This document shows, in pieces, positions 25,257 to 32,000 of a stretch of DNA of 32,000 nt. A program made the position numbers and the translations under genes. Each line of letters opens with the position of its first letter. Within the stretch, counting starts at the first letter, position 1. The notes beneath the pieces were generated by a model that saw nothing but the letters and a program-made list of their open reading frames with translations, had not been told where the DNA came from and did no database searches. Source of the stretch: Candidatus Kuenenia stuttgartensis (GTDB taxonomy: Bacteria; Planctomycetota; Brocadiia; Brocadiales; Brocadiaceae); the NCBI RefSeq assembly GCF_900232105.1, contig NZ_LT934425.1, positions 1,830,001 through 1,862,000 of the forward strand, written 5' to 3'.

Positions 25257-26813
25257 TCATGCCGCCATTTCCGTAAGTGCTTTAATATCAAGGGCTGAAG
25301 CGGTCATCAGTGAACAAGAGAACTTCTGGCCTTTCTCCGTCAAAACATAGCGGTTGGCCCTCGGAACTTTGCGGATTAGACCGTGTGCCCGCAGCATCTT
25401 TATCCGTCGGGTCGTTCGTCCGGAATATTTCTTTTGCTGATCCTTGCCGGATTGTTCGGATTCCCGGTAAAGCCACTTACGCAAATCATGGTTGCGGAAT
25501 CCATTTATCGCGTTTTCGCCTTTGGACAGGAACATCAGCATCTGGTAATCATCCTGCTGCCAGGGATTCAAACCTCGATACCTCTTGCCCTCTTTGACAA
25601 CCTTGTTACAAGCGCTGCTCACCACTTCTTTCAGTTTCTCCTCTACCTGAGCCGCCGCCAAAGCATCCCCATAACGATCATTGCATTGTTGGCTCACCTC
25701 ACACCGTCGATGAAGATCGCTTACGCCCTTACGCATCTTCTGCCATGACGCCGGTTTGCCTTCATCATCATTGGGACTCCGAAAGACCTTAAAGTCCCGC
25801 GTATTATTGATCGTTGTCTCAATACGCAAGAGACTACCGCTCTTGTTATACATCTTCACTGAATTATAATTCACACTGTGCTTGACCCGTATACCTTCAT
25901 AGCGTCTTCGATAGTCGCTGATAACCTCATCAGGGGCAGCGCCTGCAAGGTTACGCCTACCCAAATACTTCATCACCGAAGAACTGTCGCAAACCCGCAT
26001 CGCATGATGAACAAACGATGGAAACAACTCCTCCAATGCCTCAACCGATTTAAACATGATGTCCGTCGCCCACTCCGTCTCATCCGCAGACCAGTAATAC
26101 TCCGGTTCCAACGGACGAAGAATCTGCGACAATGCCGGGCAACTGCCCAACGCAAGCCCGTTCAGCAGCTTCGCCCAGTCAGTCTTAAGCTGCTCATGGA
26201 GCAGAACCTGCGCAGCCGCAATATCCTCTATACGCACAAAACAGTTGCCGTCCTTAACATAATCAATACCTTGCTTCTGAAGTTGCCGCTCCAGCCAATG
26301 ACGACCATTGAGACAAATGAAAATATTAAACGGCGCCCAACTCTGGATACGAACATGACCAAAACCAAACACTGGATCGTTAAAATAATGATACACAAAG
26401 ACACACTTGCGGGGCGCCATTACCAACTCGAGCTTCTTGCTGGCCTTGTTGCCCTTGACCATCGGCGCAATACAAGGCTCTACCACACTCAACAGGCAGA
26501 TGGAACCTTCCGTAATCCTCTTATCCGCCGCGATCTGGCGAGCCAACTTCTCCTTATCAACACCGCTGCTCATCAAATACCGCACCTCGATACCCAAATC
26601 TTTCGCCCGCGATTCACAACTGTCTCGCACCTGTGCCGTAAGCCCATTGACCCAACCGGAAAAATCCTTAAGCAGAATTCTCGCTTGGTTCATGAATGTT
26701 CCCATCCCACGCTCACTGGCCAACCACCGCAATGTCCCGCGAAAACGAATCCTGTCCAGACCGCTTATTGCACCCACGATCCTGTCTCGATATAATTCCA
26801 TCAACTTATTCAT
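25257..26813 (-). CDS. 518-aa uncharacterised protein with C-terminal winged-helix DNA-binding module; GC-rich single-gene island
   Basis: A long ORF with balanced composition. The C-terminus RTTRRIKMLRAHGLIRKVPRANRYVLTEKGQKF is a typical wHTH recognition helix plus wing. Spot GC is about 53%, against very AT-rich DNA immediately outside both ends. No known transposase or enzyme motif was recognised. Confidence 0.75.
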   Translation of the reverse strand: MNKLMELYRDRIVGAISGLDRIRFRGTLRWLASERGMGTFMNQARILLKDFSGWVNGLTAQVRDSCESRAKDLGIEVRYLMSSGVDKEKLARQIAADKRITEGSICLLSVVEPCIAPMVKGNKASKKLELVMAPRKCVFVYHYFNDPVFGFGHVRIQSWAPFNIFICLNGRHWLERQLQKQGIDYVKDGNCFVRIEDIAAAQVLLHEQLKTDWAKLLNGLALGSCPALSQILRPLEPEYYWSADETEWATDIMFKSVEALEELFPSFVHHAMRVCDSSSVMKYLGRRNLAGAAPDEVISDYRRRYEGIRVKHSVNYNSVKMYNKSGSLLRIETTINNTRDFKVFRSPNDDEGKPASWQKMRKGVSDLHRRCEVSQQCNDRYGDALAAAQVEEKLKEVVSSACNKVVKEGKRYRGLNPWQQDDYQMLMFLSKGENAINGFRNHDLRKWLYRESEQSGKDQQKKYSGRTTRRIKMLRAHGLIRKVPRANRYVLTEKGQKFSCSLMTASALDIKALTEMAA

Positions 26814-26946
26814 AAGTAGTGTCCTCCAAATTGTCTGATTACTATTTACGAGGATACTACTATACTTTATAATAAACTAAAAATCACCTTTTTGGTTGCG
26901 GCCAAAGGCCGCGCTAGGTTCTTCGTGTCCTCTGTAGTTTATCCTG

Positions 26947-27114
26947 CTATACGACATCATTCACTTTAAAATATTTTCTACAAATTTCTATTAATTGATT
27001 ATACAATTCTTCATTGTCACTTACACACCATTCCTTTTTGCGCTCTTCATTCATGAAATATATATTCCCATCATCCCATCCGTATAACTCTTTAAATTCT
27101 TCCTTGTTTTTCAT
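26947..27114 (-). CDS. small hypothetical protein (55 aa)
   Basis: Hand-translated ORF below the track cut-off: MKNKEEFKELYGWDDGNIYFMNEERKKEWCVSDNEELYNQLIEICRKYFKVNDVV*. The composition is plausible but no motif was recognised. Confidence 0.3.
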   Translation of the reverse strand: MKNKEEFKELYGWDDGNIYFMNEERKKEWCVSDNEELYNQLIEICRKYFKVNDVV

Positions 27115-27299
27115 GCCGTTACCATCTTTTTATTACCCACCTTACATCAACTTGTTAGATCAGATAACGAAACTGGCTTTATATCAAAAGCAAACTTGGT
27201 TGCACTCTTAGGCACTGTAAATAAATAAAGGTATCAAGTAGATCAATTTCATGCTCTGGAAACATGCAATCAAGGCTTCAAAGTGAGACGTTAATTTAT

Positions 27300-27989
27300 T
27301 TACAGCGCCTTAACGGCGTGCATGTACGTGACAGCGCCGCCGAGAATTCTTGCGATTTCTCGACGTTTAGCAAAGAGCATCCTGCAACCGAACACTATTC
27401 CCGTGATGTTGCCTGGTAAATCATGTATTTGATTTCCTTTGTTGACTAGGATGCGCCACTCTCTCTCATATGACCAAAGCTTTGATTTTGTAGTCAATAT
27501 CTTTGAGACAACCTTTTTATCTCCCAATTCGATGGGTTTAATTGTTGGAAGATTATCATCATACAGGACAGGCATACAATAATCCCAATTCCCCAATTCG
27601 TTAGAATCGGTTCGCTCAAATTCGATACAAAAACCAGTATGAGACTCTGAATAGTGCGACCACATCAAGATATTATCGTTAATCTCGCTAAACGGAAGCA
27701 CCCCCATTTGTTTCATAGCTCTTATCGCTGTTTCGAGCGATACTTCATCTATCGGAAATCCATTTATATGCATTTCAGAAAGGTGAAAACTAAACTCAAA
27801 TGGATCGTTTAATTTTTCTGCAGTTGAAAACCAAATCATTTTGTTTTTCAATATGTCGAGTGAACGATCGTAGAACCTTACATACTTGTATAGTTTATAG
27901 ATGCCGATCTCATTGCAATTTGTGCAACGCAAACGACGCTTTTGAAACTCAGTTTGGCAGTTTAAACACTTAATCGTAGGTTCCGGCAT
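27300..27989 (-). CDS. DUF2971-family protein with N-terminal zinc ribbon
   Basis: 229 aa. CLNC...CTNC is at the N-terminus. It is followed by LYKYVRF....L.ILKN..IWFST...LNDPFEF, MWSHYSESHTGFCIEF and KLWSYEREWRIL, the conserved blocks of DUF2971. Confidence 0.75.
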   Translation of the reverse strand: MPEPTIKCLNCQTEFQKRRLRCTNCNEIGIYKLYKYVRFYDRSLDILKNKMIWFSTAEKLNDPFEFSFHLSEMHINGFPIDEVSLETAIRAMKQMGVLPFSEINDNILMWSHYSESHTGFCIEFERTDSNELGNWDYCMPVLYDDNLPTIKPIELGDKKVVSKILTTKSKLWSYEREWRILVNKGNQIHDLPGNITGIVFGCRMLFAKRREIARILGGAVTYMHAVKAL

Positions 27990-28154
27990 TTGATTTCAAG
28001 GTCTCTCTTCGTACAAGTATTGCTGCATAATATTTATCTTTATCCCACAATTGCCCCACATGTTATTTTGTGATATAGCAAATATCAATCACAATCAGCA
28101 GGATTATGCTGAAAACCGAAAGATTTTTCATCTGAGAGATAACAATCCCCTGAT

Positions 28155-28235
28155 TCCCCCTTTATTAAGGGGGACCTTAAAATTTTCCCCTTTGTTGAGA
28201 GGGACTTAATTGAAATCCCCCTTAACAAAGGGGGA
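28155..28235. repeat. three tandem C4-5/G4-5 mini-hairpins at ~30-bp spacing
   Basis: The units are TCCCCCTTTATTAAGGGGGA (28155-28174), TCCCCTTTGTTGAGAGGGA (28186-28204) and TCCCCCTTAACAAAGGGGGA (28216-28235). The same hairpin type occurs at 9460-9478. Confidence 0.75.
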
Positions 28236-28365
28236 TATAGGGAGTTGTGTTTTTTTTCATTAAAGCAACTTCTTTTGTTTTGGCGTTGACGATTATTTCG
28301 TTATTTCATCCCTCAATCTTTCCTTACCAGCAAGAAGTCCATCCAACAGTTTCTTCTCCTTACTC

Positions 28366-28596
28366 TCAGAAGTCTGAAAGATAAGAATAAGGCACGTTGT
28401 CGTAATAGGGTGGGTCAGTAAAAACGGCATCAAAGAAATTATCTTTATAAGGCAGGGCAGTTGCAGATGCTTGAATAACAGCAACATGACTGTCCTGTGC
28501 AGGTTTAGATTTGAATCCTGAAGCCCAATGTTCCAGTTGGTGGTAATAGCTCATACTGTAAACCCTTTGCTTATAATAACAACGGCATAGTATCAA
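28366..28596 (-). pseudogene. remnant of a DUF1156-type (COG1743-like) DNA methyltransferase
   Basis: The ORF ends ...HVAVIQASATALPYKDNFFDAVFTDPPYYDNVPYSYLSDF*. TDPPYYDN..Y..LSDF(FY.WL) is the hallmark motif IV region of ~900-aa DUF1156 methylases. Only about 50 codons of homology remain, followed by a stop and unrelated sequence. Confidence 0.7.
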
Positions 28597-29113
28597 CCTC
28601 GTTTATCCGCGTCAATTAATATCTATCTCATTGCACCACTTATTGTTCTAGCCATCCATTATAGCGTATTTTCTTCGTAACTTATTGGAAATATAGGACG
28701 TCATAGGTAAAAATAGTTTAATCTTCTTGAATGTCTTAGAATTATAGAAATGATAATTTATACATATACATTTATAGGTTTTTAAATTGTTTTAAGCCAC
28801 TTGTTGTATACCCCTCCCTGCATACACCCTTTCGGGTCTACCCATTTTAGGGTATTGAAAAAAAAAGAAATTAGTTTAAAAATACTATTAATACCTTTTT
28901 TTATTAAAAGTATATTTATACTCAGGGATCTCCTAAAATGTGATTTGCGAAATGCTATAACTATTTATATTAACAAAGGTTAAATATATGTTAAAAATCA
29001 CTGTTGGTGAACCCTTACGGTATATATGCTTTTTGTAATCATAAAGTCACCACTGTTGTTTTGTTAAATAAATTTACATCATTACTGTTTTAAACGAAAG
29101 GAGGCGTTGCATC

Positions 29114-29647
29114 ATGAAGTATCATGCACTGTTTTTTTGCCTATTAACCGTGGGCGTTGTTGTAAATGTTCCTGTAAACTCTAAAGTGATTATGGCACAA
29201 GGGAAAGCAATGGAGCACGAAGAAGTTATAGCGCCAACAAAGGAATTAATGAAAGAAATAGAAAATCGGTTAAATAATATGTTGTCGGGAATTCTGGAGA
29301 ATAATTTGAAATATGTTGCGAATGAAGCTGGTGCGATTGTTGATAAAAGCTACAAAATAAACCAGATTTTCTTTGATTTTAACAGGAAGGGAAATGACTG
29401 GTTTAAACGTGCAGGCATCGATCCGGCTGATACCGGGGAGATTGCAAAACGAGAAGAAGAATTTACATTATATCAGAGTGGAATAGTGTATAAGGCCTTG
29501 AACGTTCGAAAAATGGCCATGTCCGGGAATCAGGAAGAAACCTTAAGGGCATTTACGGATATGATTGAAACAACCTGTTTTGCTTGTCACAGAAAAAATA
29601 GGGACTGGCTGCTTGACCAACCAGGAAGTCACGGCCCTGGCAGGTAA
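29114..29647 (+). CDS. secreted class II (four-helix-bundle, cytochrome c'-like) c-type cytochrome, paralog A
   Basis: 177 aa with a signal peptide (MKYHALFFCLLTVGVVVNV...). It has a single heme-binding CFACH near the C-terminus, as in cytochrome c'/c-556. It is helix-rich and clearly paralogous to the next gene. SD AAAGGAGG. Confidence 0.65.
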   Translation: MKYHALFFCLLTVGVVVNVPVNSKVIMAQGKAMEHEEVIAPTKELMKEIENRLNNMLSGILENNLKYVANEAGAIVDKSYKINQIFFDFNRKGNDWFKRAGIDPADTGEIAKREEEFTLYQSGIVYKALNVRKMAMSGNQEETLRAFTDMIETTCFACHRKNRDWLLDQPGSHGPGR

Positions 29648-29805
29648 AACGAAAGACTATGAATAAATATCTTCATGATTAAATTTGTCTAAATGCAGGA
29701 AAAACGCTGTTTTCAGGTTTACAAGAGTTTAATAATTATTGAATAATGACACGAGCATTAAACACTTTTGCTTCTTTTCATACATAAAATTTTCATAAGG
29801 AGAAA

Positions 29806-30372
29806 ATGCATATGAGAAAAAAGGGTAAAAAACGAGCAATTATGGTTATTGTATCTTTTATAGCTTTAATAAGTGTTTTAGGTGTATTCATGGGTGGTAT
29901 TGTTTCGGGAAAAGATATTGAAAAAAAACATAAGGCAGAATATGCACCAATAAGGTCGTTGATGTTTATAATAAGTTCTCATACATCAAATATTCTGGAT
30001 GCTATCATGATGGGTGATTATGATTCGGTGAAAAAGGAAGCAGACATCGTCGTTGAGAAAAGCGAGAGCTTGTTGAGAAGTTTTTTCCCGGAAGGGGAAC
30101 CTGTTGGTAAATGGATGGAAGGCTCTGGTATTTCAGGTTTAGATCAAAACAATCCAAAGATGGTACAGGCGGTGAAAGAGGATGTTGAAAAATACATACT
30201 CAAGATCACCAGCTCGGCAAAAAAAATAGCAGAAATTTCTACAAAACAAAATATTGCAGAGACGTATAATAGCTTTGATTTGATGCTAAGGGATGCTTGC
30301 TTTAAATGTCATGAGACCTATCGTTCCAAGTGGCCTGAATGGCCTGAATGGATGCAGATAGGCGGGGGATAA
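29806..30372 (+). CDS. membrane-anchored class II (cytochrome c'-like) c-type cytochrome, paralog B
   Basis: 188 aa with an N-terminal TM anchor (AIMVIVSFIALISVLGVFMGGIV). CFKCHETYR lies near the C-terminus (C..CH..(Y/F)R as in cytochromes c'), followed by a WPEWPEW tail. Compare A LMKEIENRLNNMLSGILENNLKYVANEAGAIVDKSYKINQIFF with B LMFIISSHTSNILDAIMMGDYDSVKKEADIVVEKSESLLRSFF. Confidence 0.65.
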   Translation: MHMRKKGKKRAIMVIVSFIALISVLGVFMGGIVSGKDIEKKHKAEYAPIRSLMFIISSHTSNILDAIMMGDYDSVKKEADIVVEKSESLLRSFFPEGEPVGKWMEGSGISGLDQNNPKMVQAVKEDVEKYILKITSSAKKIAEISTKQNIAETYNSFDLMLRDACFKCHETYRSKWPEWPEWMQIGGG

Positions 30373-30434
30373 AAAAATTTAAGAAATCGTAAAAACCTTT
30401 TTTATGTTCTGCTGGAACATAGAAGGGAGGAGCA

Positions 30435-30854
30435 ATGAGACCCGAACAAATAGAGCTGGTTCGGAAGACATTTGCAAAAATTCAACCTGTTTCCTACAAA
30501 GCAGCGGAAATGTTTTACAGGCATTTGTTTGAGACAGACCCTTCATTAAGACAACTTTTTAAAAGAGACATAAAGAAACAAGGGCGTATGCTCATGCAAA
30601 TGATTGACTTTGCAGTCAAAGGTTTAGACGACCCGGAAATAATCCTGCCTGCAATTCAGGCGCTGGGAAAACGTCATGTTGGATATGGAGTAAAAGAAGA
30701 GCATTATGAAACTGTCGGCAATGCTTTGCTTTGGACTTTAGAGCAGGGTTTGGGAGATGCTTTTACCTTGGAGGTAAAAGAAGCATGGAGTGAGGCGTAT
30801 AAATTACTGGCAGGTGTAATGATCGAAGCTGCAAGTGGCAGCAAATGCACCTAA
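30435..30854 (+). CDS. single-domain globin (sensor-globin/Hmp-lineage type)
   Basis: 139 aa. QIELVRKTFAKIQP....AEMFYRHLFETDPSLRQLFK (Tyr B10), KKQGRMLMQMI (Gln E7), LGKRHVGYGVKEEHYETVGNALLWTLEQGLGDAFT (proximal His F8) and EAWSEAYKLLAGVM are present. SD GGGAGGAG. Confidence 0.88.
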   Translation: MRPEQIELVRKTFAKIQPVSYKAAEMFYRHLFETDPSLRQLFKRDIKKQGRMLMQMIDFAVKGLDDPEIILPAIQALGKRHVGYGVKEEHYETVGNALLWTLEQGLGDAFTLEVKEAWSEAYKLLAGVMIEAASGSKCT

Positions 30855-30876
30855 CTTTCGTTCTTTGAAAAAACAT

Positions 30877-30944
30877 GGGCGAAGCATTTGCCAATTTGGG
30901 TATTTGCGTATTAATGACATCTTATAGCAAATGCTTCGCCCCTA
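30877..30944. mobile_element. Rep-B copy 2 (inverted relative to copy 1), in a convergent intergenic gap
   Basis: The termini are GGGCGAAGCATTTG...CAAATGCTTCGCCCCTA. The reverse complement aligns with 22438-22508 at about 85% identity. Confidence 0.8.
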
Positions 30945-30971
30945 TATTAAAAATTCATTAATAAGGTTTCC

Positions 30972-32000
30972 TTACACCATAATTTTTTGTTTACTTTCTT
31001 CGACTGCAATTACCGTCCCGCAGCCGATTTCTTCATCTGTTAAGTAGCATGCGGGGTCATGCTCCCATATATCGCCGTAGAATGCCTCTGCCCTTGCTCT
31101 AAAGTTTCCTCCGCATATATTCAGCCATTTACACAAGGCGCAACGCCCTTTTATATAGGGGTTTTTATTTTTAAGTTTTGCCATTAGTTCATTTGATGTA
31201 TCTTCCCATATTTCGCTGAACTTTCTCTTTCTCACGTTTCCAAAGGAATATTGCCTCCAGAATTGATCTGCGTAAACCTCGCCATCCCAACTAATACAGG
31301 CCAACCCTTTGCCGGAGCTGTTTCCCTCGTTCCACTGAAGAAGTTCCAATACATCCTTTGCCCTCTTCGCATCTTCTTTCAACAGACGTAAGTAAATATA
31401 CGGGCCATCCGCATGATTATCTACCGTAAGCACTTCTATCTTCTTACCTTTGTCGTGGGATTCTTTTGTTTTATTTATTATTAAATCTACGACTTTCCGC
31501 GTTTCTTCGTGAGAAAGATCCTCTTCGATCAAATTGGAACCTCTTCCCGAGTATACCAAATGATAAAAACATACCCGTGGTATATTTTCCTTTTCAATAA
31601 GGTGGAATATCCCAGGGATATCATGCGCATTGCGCTTATTGATTGTAAAACGAAGTCCAACTTTTATGCCGGCTGCCATACAATTTCTTATGCCTTCTAT
31701 TGCCAGGTCAAATGCTCCCGGAATGCCCCGAAAACGATCATTTGTTTCCCTAAGTCCGTCCAGACTGATCCCAACATAAGAAAGGCCGAATTTTTTCAGT
31801 TCATCCGCCTTTTCTTTCGTAATCAATGTGCCGTTAGTACTTATTACCGCCCGTAATCCTTGCGCTTTGGCATATTCTATCAATTCCAGAAGGTCTGGGC
31901 GCATGAGTGGCTCTCCACCGGAAAAAAGAATCACCGGGGCGCCGTACTCAGCTATGTCATCCAACATTGCCTTTGCCTCTTTTGTTGATAATTCATTTGG
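30972..32000 (-). CDS. radical SAM/SPASM protein of the NirJ/AhbC/AhbD family (heme d1 / alternative heme biosynthesis type); N-terminus beyond the right edge
   Basis: The frame stays open from 31967 to 32000 (PNELSTKEAKA upstream of the listed Met), so the CxxxCxxC region lies outside the window. VILFSGGEPLMRPDLLELIEYAK, ISTNGTLIT, GISLDG...NDRFRG and the C-terminal Cys cluster GRCALCKWLNICGGNFRARA...DPAC are typical of NirJ/Ahb radical SAM enzymes. Confidence 0.8.
   Translation of the reverse strand, partial: PNELSTKEAKAMLDDIAEYGAPVILFSGGEPLMRPDLLELIEYAKAQGLRAVISTNGTLITKEKADELKKFGLSYVGISLDGLRETNDRFRGIPGAFDLAIEGIRNCMAAGIKVGLRFTINKRNAHDIPGIFHLIEKENIPRVCFYHLVYSGRGSNLIEEDLSHEETRKVVDLIINKTKESHDKGKKIEVLTVDNHADGPYIYLRLLKEDAKRAKDVLELLQWNEGNSSGKGLACISWDGEVYADQFWRQYSFGNVRKRKFSEIWEDTSNELMAKLKNKNPYIKGRCALCKWLNICGGNFRARAEAFYGDIWEHDPACYLTDEEIGCGTVIAVEESKQKIMV

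Noticed and set aside
25878-26795. 305-aa plus-strand ORF antisense to the 518-aa gene.
   Set aside because: Its R/L/T/Q/H-rich composition is typical of a shadow frame in GC-rich coding DNA. The minus-strand product has a recognisable wHTH. The unusual length of the stop-free antisense frame is noted in the finding.
28155-28235. Possible CRISPR array, given regularly spaced hairpin repeats.
   Set aside because: There are only three units, the repeats are not identical, the spacers are ~10-12 nt and similar to each other, and no cas genes are present.
28293-28487. 64-aa ORF overlapping the DUF1156 stub in another frame (…TSESKEKKLLDGLLAGKERLRDEITK).
   Set aside because: It has no recognisable motif. 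It is most likely the junction of the truncated methylase with unrelated sequence.

Overview
The window has two compositionally different parts. Bases 1 to about 5100 are roughly 50% GC by spot counts. They carry a complete co-directional (minus strand) tripartite RND efflux operon: a HlyD-type adaptor lipoprotein, an AcrB-type permease, and the 5' part of a NodT-type outer-membrane lipoprotein that runs off the left edge. From about 5100 onward the DNA is AT-richer, with very AT-rich intergenic regions. This part encodes core and envelope functions: FKBP PPIase, Ig-like lipoprotein, XdhC-like protein, FAD/NAD oxidoreductase, UDP-xylose synthase, iron-sulfur flavoprotein, phosphomannomutase with a Cys-rich N-extension, HEAT-repeat protein, NusG paralog plus MarR-type EPS regulator, TauE/SafE exporter and CstA. 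It also holds three less ordinary regions. (i) A 799-aa TPR-like protein is followed by a tightly packed operon of J-domain-only protein, GrpE-like protein, Hsp70 and zinc-ribbon protein (16.1-22.4 kb). (ii) A decayed accessory patch at 24.3-28.6 kb holds short remnants of a DUF499 ATPase and a DUF1156 methyltransferase bracketing a broken HicB/HicA pair, a GC-rich single-gene island (518-aa orphan with a C-terminal wHTH) and a zinc-ribbon-DUF2971 protein. (iii) A heme cluster comprises two paralogous C-terminal-CXXCH (cytochrome c'-like) proteins, a single-domain globin and a convergent NirJ/Ahb-type radical SAM gene that runs off the right edge. I found no rRNA, tRNA or CRISPR array. At least four families of short TIR/hairpin repeats (MITE-like) are present. 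One shows a perfect 8-bp target duplication, a nested insertion of another element into its terminal repeat, and a flipped central hairpin loop. Gene content and repeat style fit an uncultured AT-rich bacterium, possibly Planctomycetota/anammox-like, but that is only a guess. All functional calls come from motif recognition by eye; no database search was run.
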